From: Gemmatimonadota bacterium
GTDB lineage: Bacteria; Latescibacterota; UBA2968; UBA8231
DNA: 19,215 nucleotides
Assembly: GCA_038153405.1 (NCBI GenBank)
Contig: JAYOYH010000043.1
Span: 21,989-41,203, forward strand
Direction: 5' to 3'
In this document: one piece after another, positions 1 to 8,041 of the stretch
Layout: each line of letters begins with the position of its first letter
Position numbering within the stretch: the stretch's first letter is position 1
Translations under genes and position numbers: made by a program
Notes under the pieces: generated by a model
Told to the model about the DNA's origin: nothing
Seen by the model: the letters and a program-made list of their open reading frames with translations, nothing else
Database searches by the model: none

Positions 1-352
1 CGTCGCGTACCTGCACGCTCCGCCACGGCCCCCCGGGGTGGGGGGGGGCCCCCCCGCGCTCGCGCACCTTGCGCACGCCTATACGCAGCATTTCTAGCGC
101 CACATCGACGCCGACGACGCGCTGCGGCGACAGGCGGCCGGCCGCTAGAGCAAAGTCGCCCGTGCCGGTGGCTAAGTCGAGAATCCGCGCTGGCTGCTCG
201 AGCTCGAGACTGTCGAGCGCACGCCGGCGCCAGTAGATGTCAATGCCGCCGCTCAGCAGGTGATTGAGCACGTCGTAGCGCTGGGCAATGGCGTCAAACA
301 TCTCGCGATTGCGCCTCTTGTGCTCGGCGATCTCTTCCTTGTTCTTAAGCAT
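1..352 (-). CDS. ubiE: UbiE/MenG-family quinone biosynthesis C-methyltransferase, N-terminal part; runs off the window start
   Basis: Manual translation from ATG at 352: MLKNKEEIAEHKRRNREMFDAIAQRYDVLNHLLSGGIDIYWRRRALDSLELEQPARILDLATGTGDFA...VVGVDVALEML. Contains the family N-terminal MFDxIAxxYDxxNxxLS motif and SAM motif I (LDLATGTGD). Bases ~1-57 look degraded. Confidence 0.9.
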   Translation of the reverse strand, partial: MLKNKEEIAEHKRRNREMFDAIAQRYDVLNHLLSGGIDIYWRRRALDSLELEQPARILDLATGTGDFALAAGRLSPQRVVGVDVALEMLRIGVRKVRERGGAPPHPGGPWRSVQVRD

Positions 353-360
353 GGCAAGAG

Positions 361-388
361 AAGCTACTCCATCCCCCCGACCTGTCAA
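361..388 (-). promoter_or_regulatory. Putative sigma70 promoter for ubiE
   Basis: Minus strand reads TTGACA (388-383), a 16-nt spacer, then TAGCTT (366-361), 8 nt before the ATG. Confidence 0.5.
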
Positions 389-393
389 TAGAA

Positions 394-1455
394 TTGAACG
401 ACCAACCGTCCCGAGCCGATTATATCGTCGCCAACCTCAGCGAAGGGGTCGTCGTATTTGACGGCGCGGGGCGCGTGCAAACGGCCAATCCCGCCCTGCT
501 CCGCCTGCTCGACTGCGCGCTGCCGAGCAACGCCTCACTGTCCGACCTCTTTGCCCCGAGCACACCGCTGCACGCCGTGGCGCAAACAGCCCTGGCCGGC
601 CAGCCCGTCATCGATGCCGACGTACAGCACGGCGCGCACGACGGGCGTATACACTGGCTGCGGGTCAACGCCGCCGCGCTGCTCGACGAGCAGTCCAACC
701 CCCTCGGCACGATGATGACGCTGAGAGAAGTATCCGATCTCAAGCGCGCTGAACGACATATGGGACAGGTCGAAAAAATGAGCGCACTCGGCCGCCTGGC
801 CGCCTCCGTCGCCCACGAGGTGGGCAACCCGCTGGGGGCCATTGACATCCAGCTACAGCTGCTGCAGGAAGACCTCGACAAGACGAGCGAGTCGCTGTCG
901 GACAAGGCCCGCCGCCGACTCGATATTGCCCGCACCGAGATGCGCCGATTAGAGGGTATTGTGCAGAACTTCCTGCGCTTTTCGCGCCCGCCCGCCCTTC
1001 ACCTCAAACAGCTCGACCCGAACGAACTGGTAGACAGCATCTACCAACTAGTCGCGCCCGAAGCGCGCGAACGCTCGGTCCATTTGCACCTAGAGTCCGA
1101 CCGAGACCTACCCCCACTTGAAGCCGACGAAAACCAGCTCAGCCAGTGCCTGCTCAACCTGCTCATCAACGCCTTTCAAGCCGTCGACAGCGAGGGCCAT
1201 GTAACGCTGCGCGCGCGCGCCGATGGCGGCGATATCATCATCGAGATCGGCGACGATGGCCACGGCATTCCCCCGGACGATCTGGAGCACATTTTCGAGT
1301 TTTATTATACTACCAAAGACGAGGGCACTGGGCTGGGCCTGTCCATTGCCCAGCGCATTGTGCACCAGCACGGCGGCACGCTGAGCGTCGACAGTCGCCC
1401 GGGTGAGGGCACGCTGCTGGCCATCCACCTGCCCGGTCTGACAACGCAACCATAA
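394..1455 (+). CDS. Cytoplasmic PAS-domain sensor histidine kinase (NtrB/AtoS-like)
   Basis: PAS-like N-terminus (IVANLSEGVVVFD...NPA); H-box AASVAHEVGNPL; N-box QCLLNLLINA; G1 DDGHGI; F/G2 FYYTTKDEGTGLGL. No obvious TM segment. TTG start. Confidence 0.93.
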   Translation: MNDQPSRADYIVANLSEGVVVFDGAGRVQTANPALLRLLDCALPSNASLSDLFAPSTPLHAVAQTALAGQPVIDADVQHGAHDGRIHWLRVNAAALLDEQSNPLGTMMTLREVSDLKRAERHMGQVEKMSALGRLAASVAHEVGNPLGAIDIQLQLLQEDLDKTSESLSDKARRRLDIARTEMRRLEGIVQNFLRFSRPPALHLKQLDPNELVDSIYQLVAPEARERSVHLHLESDRDLPPLEADENQLSQCLLNLLINAFQAVDSEGHVTLRARADGGDIIIEIGDDGHGIPPDDLEHIFEFYYTTKDEGTGLGLSIAQRIVHQHGGTLSVDSRPGEGTLLAIHLPGLTTQP

Positions 1456-1468
1456 GAGCACCTACTCC

Positions 1469-2833
1469 ATGTCCAAACAGCGCGTCAACATACTCATTGC
1501 CGACGATGAAGTCTTTATCCGCGAAGGGCTCAAAGAGGCGCTGGAGACGGTAGCCGACCGCGTGGAAACCGTCGCCGACGGCCAGCAGGCGCGCGAAAGA
1601 CTGCGCACCGAACGCTACCATTTGGCCATTCTCGACCTGCGCATGCCGGGCCCTTCGGGTCTCGATCTGCTAGAGGAACTGCGCCGGCGTGAATCGGATA
1701 CGCAGGTCATCATTCTAACCGCACACGGCAACGTCAGCACGGCCGTTGAGGCGATGAAAAAGGGCGCGCACGACTTTCTCACCAAACCCGTCGACCTGGC
1801 ACACCTGCGCCTCGTCGCCGAGCGCGCCCTCGACCGCCTTCACCTCGTAACGGAAAACCGCAAGCTACACAGCCGCCTAGAAAACGGCGATCCCTTTCGC
1901 CGCCTCGTGCGGCACAGCGACAGCATGCAGGTGGCCTCCAAGCTGATCAAGCAGGTGGCGCAGTCGGACGTACCCGTCTTGCTGCGGGGCGAAACCGGCG
2001 TCGGCAAAGACCTCGTGGCCCGCGCTATTCACGAGCGCAGTAAGCGCAGCGACAAGCCCTTTGTTGCCGTCAACTGCGGCGGTTTTACCGAAGAGCTCTT
2101 TGCCAGCGAAATATTCGGCCACAAGCGCGGCGCCTTTACCGGCGCTCACGCCGACAAACCCGGTCGCTTTGCCCTGGCCGAAGGCGGCACGCTCTTCCTC
2201 GACGAGATCGGCGAGGTGCCCGTCAAGAACCAAGTCGAACTACTGCGCGTTCTCGAATCGCGTGAATACCAGCCGCTGGGCGAACCGCAGGTCCGCCACG
2301 CCAACGTGCGCATTATCGCCGCCACCAACCGCGACCTCGAGCGCAGCGTCGGCGACGGCTCGTTCCGCGAGGACCTCTACTACCGGCTCAACGTCGTGCC
2401 CATTGACATTCCGCCGCTGCGCCAGCGCCAAGAAGATATTCCCGTACTGGTCGAGACCTTTCTCGACGAGGCCTGTCGCGCCCAAGAGCGTCCGCAAAAG
2501 CGCCTTAGCAGCGAGGCCATGGGCTGCCTGCTAGCGCATGCCTGGCCCGGCAACGTGCGCGAGTTGCGCAATATTGTCCAACGCCTCGTCGTCACCGCAC
2601 CCGATCTGGTCATCCACCCGCAGCACCTGCCCCCCCATCTGGCCGAGGTCACCGAAGTAGAACCAAGCCATTTTAGCGTACGCCTCGGTTCCAGCGCCGC
2701 CCAGGTCGAGGCCGAACTCATCCGCCAAACGCTGCAGCGGGTAACCTCCAATCGGCGCAAAGCGGCGGACATTCTCGGTATGAGCGTGCGCGCGCTTCAA
2801 TACAAGATCAAAGAGTACGCCATCGCCCCTTAG
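1469..2833 (+). CDS. Sigma54-dependent response regulator (REC-AAA+-Fis HTH; NtrC/AtoC family)
   Basis: Receiver ILIADDE / LDLRMPG / KP; Walker A GETGVGKD; intact GAFTGA; Walker B LFLDEIGE; FREDLYYRLNV; WPGNVRELRN; C-terminal HTH NRRKAADILGMS. Confidence 0.96.
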   Translation: MSKQRVNILIADDEVFIREGLKEALETVADRVETVADGQQARERLRTERYHLAILDLRMPGPSGLDLLEELRRRESDTQVIILTAHGNVSTAVEAMKKGAHDFLTKPVDLAHLRLVAERALDRLHLVTENRKLHSRLENGDPFRRLVRHSDSMQVASKLIKQVAQSDVPVLLRGETGVGKDLVARAIHERSKRSDKPFVAVNCGGFTEELFASEIFGHKRGAFTGAHADKPGRFALAEGGTLFLDEIGEVPVKNQVELLRVLESREYQPLGEPQVRHANVRIIAATNRDLERSVGDGSFREDLYYRLNVVPIDIPPLRQRQEDIPVLVETFLDEACRAQERPQKRLSSEAMGCLLAHAWPGNVRELRNIVQRLVVTAPDLVIHPQHLPPHLAEVTEVEPSHFSVRLGSSAAQVEAELIRQTLQRVTSNRRKAADILGMSVRALQYKIKEYAIAP

Positions 2834-2848
2834 GTGCATTTTTTGCAC
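2834..2848. promoter_or_regulatory. Palindromic box GTGCA-N5-TGCAC, candidate enhancer-binding-protein site
   Basis: GTGCATTTTTTGCAC lies about 100 bp upstream of the -24 element. The same motif recurs at 3109-3123. Confidence 0.6.
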
Positions 2849-2914
2849 TTTTCTCCCCACCATGCGCTAAGCACGGCAGTCGCATCGCACTTCGTATTTT
2901 TTTAAATTATTATT

Positions 2915-2927
2915 TAACAATTAGTTA
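2915..2927 (+). promoter_or_regulatory. IHF-like site between the box and the sigma54 promoter
   Basis: TAACAATTAGTTA has one mismatch to WATCAANNNNTTR and is preceded by an A/T tract (~2895-2914). Confidence 0.5.
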
Positions 2928-2944
2928 AAGCCGAAGTCAGCACG

Positions 2945-2961
2945 CTGGCACTCCTTTTGCA
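2945..2961 (+). promoter_or_regulatory. Sigma54 (-24/-12) promoter
   Basis: CTGGCACTCCTTTTGCA: GG-N10-GC, a near-perfect match to YTGGCACGNNNNTTGCW. Confidence 0.85.
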
Positions 2962-3078
2962 CCCCTCTCCTGAACGCCAAAACGCGCCTTTTTTTGAGCG
3001 CGAACGCACATCGGCGTAACACCTTGTTTTACAATGACTCAAGCTGTAGGTAGCATGATTTACTACCGCCCTCAACGC

Positions 3079-3123
3079 GTGCAGTATCTGCGAAGGGGCC
3101 GGCACCACGTGCAATTTATGCAC
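3079..3123. promoter_or_regulatory. Pair of GTGCA-N5-TGC(AC) boxes 30 bp apart, downstream of the sigma54 promoter
   Basis: GTGCAGTATCTGCGA (3079-3093) and GTGCAATTTATGCAC (3109-3123). Confidence 0.55.
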
Positions 3124-3160
3124 TCCGATACCCACGCGTAACCGATTAAAAAGGCTTGTT

Positions 3161-3670
3161 TTGACGGCAATTCATCTCGCGACCCAGCGGGCAAATGCAA
3201 AAATTGCGCAACCGTTCGCTATCGCCGATGTCGTCGATCCAGCCCTCTTGCTGCCCGAGCTATCCGCTACGAGCAAGATCGGTGCAATCAAAGAGCTCGT
3301 CGATCGGCTGCACGGGCGCGGCATCGTCGAGGATAGTCTGAGTTTTTTGCAGTCCGTGCTGGAGCGCGAGCAGTTGCAGAGCACTATTCTCGGCACTGAA
3401 GTCGCCCTGCCGCACGCGCGCAGTCGCGGCGTGCGCGCGCTGGGCTTGGCCCTGGGCCGGACTGCGACGCCGATTGACTTTCCCTCTGGGGACGAGCGGC
3501 AAAGCGTGCGCCTGATTTGCCTTATCGCCGTGCCGTCCCACGCGCCGGATTCGTATTTGCACTTACTAGGGTCGCTGGCGCAGATACTGAGCCAGGCTGA
3601 GCGCAGAGATGCGCTACTGCAAGCGCAGTCGGCCAAACACATGCAAGAGCTGTTGCTGGAAACCGTCTGA
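3161..3670 (+). CDS. PTS EIIA domain protein (fructose/mannitol/PtsN type), standalone
   Basis: Motif LEREQLQSTILGTEVALPHAR with the phospho-acceptor His; IDF...VRLICLIAVP; YLHLLGSLAQIL. TTG start preceded by AAAAGG; the start is somewhat uncertain. Confidence 0.88.
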   Translation: MTAIHLATQRANAKIAQPFAIADVVDPALLLPELSATSKIGAIKELVDRLHGRGIVEDSLSFLQSVLEREQLQSTILGTEVALPHARSRGVRALGLALGRTATPIDFPSGDERQSVRLICLIAVPSHAPDSYLHLLGSLAQILSQAERRDALLQAQSAKHMQELLLETV

Positions 3671-3705
3671 AGATAGCGAACTTCACCTCATACGAAGGAC
3701 ACACC

Positions 3706-4578
3706 ATGGCCTACAGCATTCAGGAAATTCTCAGCGACGAAGAGACGACGCTGCGCCTCTACTTCGACGATATCGCCGACTCGCGCCCTTTGAGCCGCGA
3801 GCGCGAGGTCGAGCTCGCCGCCCGCATTTTGGAAGGCGATATGGTCGCCCGCGACGAGCTGGTCAATGCCAACCTGCGCTTTGTCATCGACGTCGCCAAG
3901 AACTACCAGAATCGCGGTCTTTCGCTGTCGGACCTGATCAGCGCCGGCAACGTCGGTCTGCTGACGGCCGCCGAGCGCTTTGACGGCACCAAGGGCTACA
4001 AGTTCATCTCCTACGCCGTTTGGTGGATTAAGCAGTCGATCCTGCAGTCCATCGCCGAGCACGCGCGCACGGTGCGCCTGCCCCTCAACAAGCTCAGTCT
4101 GTTGAAGGACATCTCCAAGGCCTCGCGCAAGCTAGGCCAGGGCCGCGAGAGCGAGCCAGCCATCGAAGAAATTGCCCGCGAGCTGGATATTCCTGAGCAG
4201 GAAATTCTCGACACGATGATGAGCGCGCGCTCCGTGCGCTCGCTCGACGAATCCTTTGAGGAGGACGACGAGCGCAGTCTGCTGAACATTCTCGCCGATG
4301 AGAACCAGGCCACGCCCGATAGCCACGTGCTGGAGACGTCGGCGCGCGCTCAGTTGGAAGAAGTACTAGAGAGCCTCGATGAGCGCGAGCTGCGCATCAT
4401 CCGCCTCTACTTTGGCCTGGACGGCAGCGAATCGCTAACGCTGGAGCAGATCGGCGGCCTGATGGGCCTCACGCGCGAGCGCGTGCGCCAGCTCAAGGAG
4501 CGCGCCCTCGGCAAGCTGCGCCATCCGGCTCGCTATCAGGCGCTGCTGGCGCTGATTGACGAAACCGAAGTCTACTAG
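3706..4578 (+). CDS. RpoD/SigA-family sigma70 factor lacking region 1.1 (290 aa)
   Basis: Region 1.2 LRLYFDDI...LSREREVELA; region 2 ANLRFVIDVAKNY...GYKFISYAVWWIKQSI; region 4 TLEQIG...TRERVRQL. SD AAGGA. Confidence 0.95.
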   Translation: MAYSIQEILSDEETTLRLYFDDIADSRPLSREREVELAARILEGDMVARDELVNANLRFVIDVAKNYQNRGLSLSDLISAGNVGLLTAAERFDGTKGYKFISYAVWWIKQSILQSIAEHARTVRLPLNKLSLLKDISKASRKLGQGRESEPAIEEIARELDIPEQEILDTMMSARSVRSLDESFEEDDERSLLNILADENQATPDSHVLETSARAQLEEVLESLDERELRIIRLYFGLDGSESLTLEQIGGLMGLTRERVRQLKERALGKLRHPARYQALLALIDETEVY

Positions 4579-4606
4579 CGCCCCGCGCTCATAGCACCCA
4601 TTGACA

Positions 4607-4643
4607 GCGGGGCGGGGTTTCCACTATGGAAATCTCGCCCCGT
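4607..4643. terminator. Strong hairpin between convergent genes; possible terminator
   Basis: CGGGGCGGGGTTTCCA-CTA-TGGAAATCTCGCCCCG forms a 16-bp stem with two G-U pairs. There is no clear U-tract. Confidence 0.55.
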
Positions 4644-4661
4644 GCGCTTGTACAGTACTCT

Positions 4662-6929
4662 TCACGGCGCTTGTCCACCGCTGCGTGCCCTAACCCCATC
4701 TAGGTAGCTTCGGACGTCGTCGCGCCGAGTCGAGTCCAGCCGTACCGCTTCGGCAAAGTACTCCGCCGCCGGCGCATACTGCCCCATTTCGATCGACAGC
4801 ACGCCGCTGTAAAACTGCGCTTCGGCATTCTGCGGTTCGAGCTGGCGCAGCCGATCGAAATAGCGCTGACCTTCCTGGGGCTGCCGCGCACGCCAATACG
4901 CTTTGCCAATCGCCCGCAGATCATCCCCCGTCCAACGCTTAGGATCCATCTGGCGCTCTACTTCTAAGGCGATATCGGCTCTGCCCTCGGCCAGCGCGAC
5001 GATCAGCACATGGCGCGCTGCAGCCGGATAGCGGCGATCCATATCCCACGTTTTTCGCAATATCTCTAGTGCTCGGCCCCTGTCGTTCCGATCGAGGTAA
5101 AATTGAGCCAACGAAAAGTGCACGTGCTGCTTGGTCGGGCTCAGCTGCGTCGCTTCAATCAGATGCGCCTCCGTGCGCCCTGAGAGCGACGAATCAAAAC
5201 GACTCGCTCGTTGTGCCACCACAGAAGCCATCAGCAAAATTCGGGTGTCTTTTGCAGGCCGCTCAAGTTCCGTTTCCATTTCGCGCAGTGCGTGCCGCAG
5301 AAAGCGCTCTTTGTCCAATGCATCTATACCCACTGCATCATTGGCAACCAACGCGGCACGGACCAACTCTTCGCGCACCTCCCCGCGGCCCAGCGCACTC
5401 ATGCCGATAGCCCGATCAAATGCGGACTGCATATTCGCTATCTCCACAACTTCTCCATCGACCAAGCGATCCATCATAACCTGCGCGCGCTCCAAAGCGA
5501 CGATCTGCTGTAGGGGAACGACGTTTACGCCGTAAAAAAACAGCGCGCAGCACGCAGACGCGCCGACTGCGCTCCACATCGACCATCGCTTGGCCTGCGC
5601 GGGTACATCTGGTTGCCCGCGGCCTGCTCCCACGTAGGCCAGCAGGACAAAAAGCGGGATATACACGTACAGCGTGTCATAGGATAACAGCCCCTGTGCC
5701 AAATAGCTGATAAAAAAACCCGACAGCAACAGCGCGGAAAACGCCGACCACAGGCCGCCGCGCACACCTTTCCAAAGTGCGAAAAAGGCGGCCGCAAATA
5801 CCGCCAACTGCGCACATAAACCGGGCACGCCCGCGTCGAGGGCCCAGCGCAGCAGATTGTTGTGCGGGCGATCATACCAGGGCTCTCTCTTTGCAAATAG
5901 AGCTGGATCGTAATACTTCTGAAAGACCAAGTAAAAATTGTCCATGCCCCATCCCGCCAGCGGCCGCTCGACCACCCCGCGCCAGGCGATACCCCAAGTG
6001 CGCAGGCGCGTACCGAGCGTCGCATAGACCTCGTAATCGTCCAACAACTCCCCTGGGTTGGTAAAGCGCTTGAGCAGATAGGTTTCCTGCACCCAGGAAG
6101 CATCCCTCTGGAGCCACACCACCAGCGGAGATAGAGCGCCGATCAGCAACGCGGCAGCCAGCACGCCGCGCACGCGTTGACTGCCGCGCGGAAACAGCTG
6201 CGCAAAGAATATAGTGGCCAGCAGGCAGACGAGGATAAGGGAGAGGAACAGGCCGACGACACCCGCCCGCGTGCCCGTATAATACAGCACGACCAAGTGC
6301 AGGAGAGAGAGCGCCAACAGGCCCGCCAACAGCGCACGTCGCGCTCGATAGACGTGCGCCATATATGCGGTCAGCCAAAAGTGCAGCAACACATACGGGG
6401 CGAGAAATGCCGCATTTCCGGTTATAGACTGGACGCGCTGCGGAGCCCCAGGCACCCATAGAAACACGCCGTTGCGCTCCAAAACGGCGTGCACGCAGAC
6501 CAGTGAACTCGTCGCAACAAGCCCGCCGATCAACACATGCCAGTCGCGCGACGACCTGAACAGACCTGCCGCCATAACAAATAGCAGATACAGATGCAGC
6601 AGCGTTATAAATCCGTCCATCTTTTCGAAATTCGACCAAAAAGCGCGCGACGGATTGGGACTGAGCACCGTTGCTAACGCCCATAGGACCACCATTGCGC
6701 TCAGCGCCACGAACACGGGCGTGCGCGCCGGGCGATAGCGCGGCGACAGCAGCGCCATGGCCGACCAAAGCACAAAGAGCAGCGATACGGCAAGGCGAAA
6801 AGCGAAGGCCTTACCCGTGAAATAGGGAAATATGAACGATGTATTGACGTAGAGGAGGACCAGCGGAACGCAGCAAAGGCCGACGGTCAGCGCGCGCGAG
6901 AGATAGACCTCGCCGATGGGTAGTTTCAT
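4662..6929 (-). CDS. O-antigen ligase / O-oligosaccharyltransferase-family membrane protein with C-terminal TPRs
   Basis: Many hydrophobic segments; SITGNAAFLA, TGTRAG, RLRTW...RPLAGWG and DRPHN motifs typical of Wzy_C/WaaL-like proteins; TPR-like C-terminus (LEPQNAEAQFYSG). Start is either ATG 6929 or TTG 6959. Confidence 0.85.
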   Translation of the reverse strand: MKLPIGEVYLSRALTVGLCCVPLVLLYVNTSFIFPYFTGKAFAFRLAVSLLFVLWSAMALLSPRYRPARTPVFVALSAMVVLWALATVLSPNPSRAFWSNFEKMDGFITLLHLYLLFVMAAGLFRSSRDWHVLIGGLVATSSLVCVHAVLERNGVFLWVPGAPQRVQSITGNAAFLAPYVLLHFWLTAYMAHVYRARRALLAGLLALSLLHLVVLYYTGTRAGVVGLFLSLILVCLLATIFFAQLFPRGSQRVRGVLAAALLIGALSPLVVWLQRDASWVQETYLLKRFTNPGELLDDYEVYATLGTRLRTWGIAWRGVVERPLAGWGMDNFYLVFQKYYDPALFAKREPWYDRPHNNLLRWALDAGVPGLCAQLAVFAAAFFALWKGVRGGLWSAFSALLLSGFFISYLAQGLLSYDTLYVYIPLFVLLAYVGAGRGQPDVPAQAKRWSMWSAVGASACCALFFYGVNVVPLQQIVALERAQVMMDRLVDGEVVEIANMQSAFDRAIGMSALGRGEVREELVRAALVANDAVGIDALDKERFLRHALREMETELERPAKDTRILLMASVVAQRASRFDSSLSGRTEAHLIEATQLSPTKQHVHFSLAQFYLDRNDRGRALEILRKTWDMDRRYPAAARHVLIVALAEGRADIALEVERQMDPKRWTGDDLRAIGKAYWRARQPQEGQRYFDRLRQLEPQNAEAQFYSGVLSIEMGQYAPAAEYFAEAVRLDSTRRDDVRSYLDGVRARSGGQAP

Positions 6930-7049
6930 ATGGGAGGCGTATCTCTCGAGTATATCCAATTCCGTCGATATGCAAGCGCGCGACTGCCGCGGCGAGCAGC
7001 ACCCATAAACGGACTTTTAAAAACGCCCTTCGAGTGTTTAATTATCGCT

Positions 7050-7472
7050 ATGAACAAGAGGTCTCTACAGCCCGCCAATCGCCGTGCGCGCAGCCCCCGC
7101 CAATACTTGCAGTCCCTGCTCAGCCGCGAAGATCTGAGCGCCATCGGCCGGCTCGGTCTGTGGTCGGCCTTTACCAGCGAAGAAGCGGCACGACGCTTTG
7201 CCGCCCAGCCCAAAGCCGAGCGGCGGGCGTTTTTTGAGCGCTATGCATCCCACATGGATGCCGAGCCCCAGGGCGCAAAACGCCCTACGCGCCCCGCACA
7301 TGAAGCCGACTATCGCCTTTTCGACCTGCCCAACGGGGCCAGCCTCGCGCAGATCCACAGCCGTTACCGCGAGCTAGCCTTGAGCTTTCACCCCGATCGC
7401 GCCGACGGCGACACCGAACTCATGCAGGAAATCAACGAGGCCTATCTGCGCCTGCAGGAGCGCGCGCGCTGA
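7050..7472 (+). CDS. Small protein with a C-terminal DnaJ J-domain (140 aa)
   Basis: DYRLFDL...IHSRYRELALSFHPDRADGDTELMQEINEAY carries the HPD motif. ATG 7050 is preferred over 6930, which would leave no room for divergent promoters. Confidence 0.82.
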   Translation: MNKRSLQPANRRARSPRQYLQSLLSREDLSAIGRLGLWSAFTSEEAARRFAAQPKAERRAFFERYASHMDAEPQGAKRPTRPAHEADYRLFDLPNGASLAQIHSRYRELALSFHPDRADGDTELMQEINEAYLRLQERAR

Positions 7473-8041
7473 TGCGAGACGACCGTGCGCTCGGCGTCTG
7501 CGTCTACTGCGGATCGCGCCCGGGCGCCCACCCGTCCTACGAGCAGCAGGCTCGAGCGCTTGGCACGGCCCTTGGCCGGTGCGATCTGCCCCTCGTCTAC
7601 GGCGGTGGCCACGTGGGCATGATGGGCGCGCTGGCCAATGCCGCCCTGGCAGCGGGTGGCACCGCCATCGGCGTTATCCCGCGTGCCATGGTCGAGCGCG
7701 AGTGGGCGCATCCGCACCTGAGCGAACTGCTCGTCGTCGAAGATATGCACCAGCGCAAGGCCGCCATGGCGCGGCGAGCGCAGTGCTACGTCGCGCTGCC
7801 CGGCGGCTTTGGCACGCTGGAAGAGCTGGCCGAAACGCTGTCCTGGGCCCAGCTCGACTTCCACCAAAAACCGCTCTTTTTGCTGAACGTGCGCGGCTAT
7901 TTCGACCCCCTGCTAGCCTTTCTCGATCACTGCGTCGGCGAGCGCTTTGCCGAACCGGTCCATCGCCGACTGCTGCAGGTTACCAACAGCGTCGACGAGC
8001 TCTTAGACCATACCCACTTTCCCACGGCGCGTCACACGTAG
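7472..8041 (+). CDS. LOG-family nucleotide phosphoribohydrolase (TIGR00730-like)
   Basis: CVYCGS, LVYGGGHVGMMG, MHQRK and PGGFGTLEE motifs. TGATG overlap with the upstream gene. Confidence 0.94.
   Translation: MRDDRALGVCVYCGSRPGAHPSYEQQARALGTALGRCDLPLVYGGGHVGMMGALANAALAAGGTAIGVIPRAMVEREWAHPHLSELLVVEDMHQRKAAMARRAQCYVALPGGFGTLEELAETLSWAQLDFHQKPLFLLNVRGYFDPLLAFLDHCVGERFAEPVHRRLLQVTNSVDELLDHTHFPTARHT

Noticed and set aside
1..57. G/C homopolymer runs (ccccccggggtgggggggggg cccccc) that look like a palindrome or G-quadruplex
   Set aside because: They fall inside ubiE, where the protein turns into GGAPPPPRGG and loses family resemblance at the window edge. Most likely low-quality contig-end sequence.
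394..2833. Calling the two-component pair ntrB/ntrC
   Set aside because: The architecture is shared by many paralogues, the adjacent boxes do not match the NtrC consensus, and glnA is not adjacent.
3099..3113. CCGGCACCACGTGCA as a second sigma54 promoter
   Set aside because: Spacing is GG-N8-GC, not the required GG-N10-GC.
2914..3135. 73-aa minus-strand ORF in the regulatory region
   Set aside because: No recognisable motif; the region is explained by promoter and operator elements.
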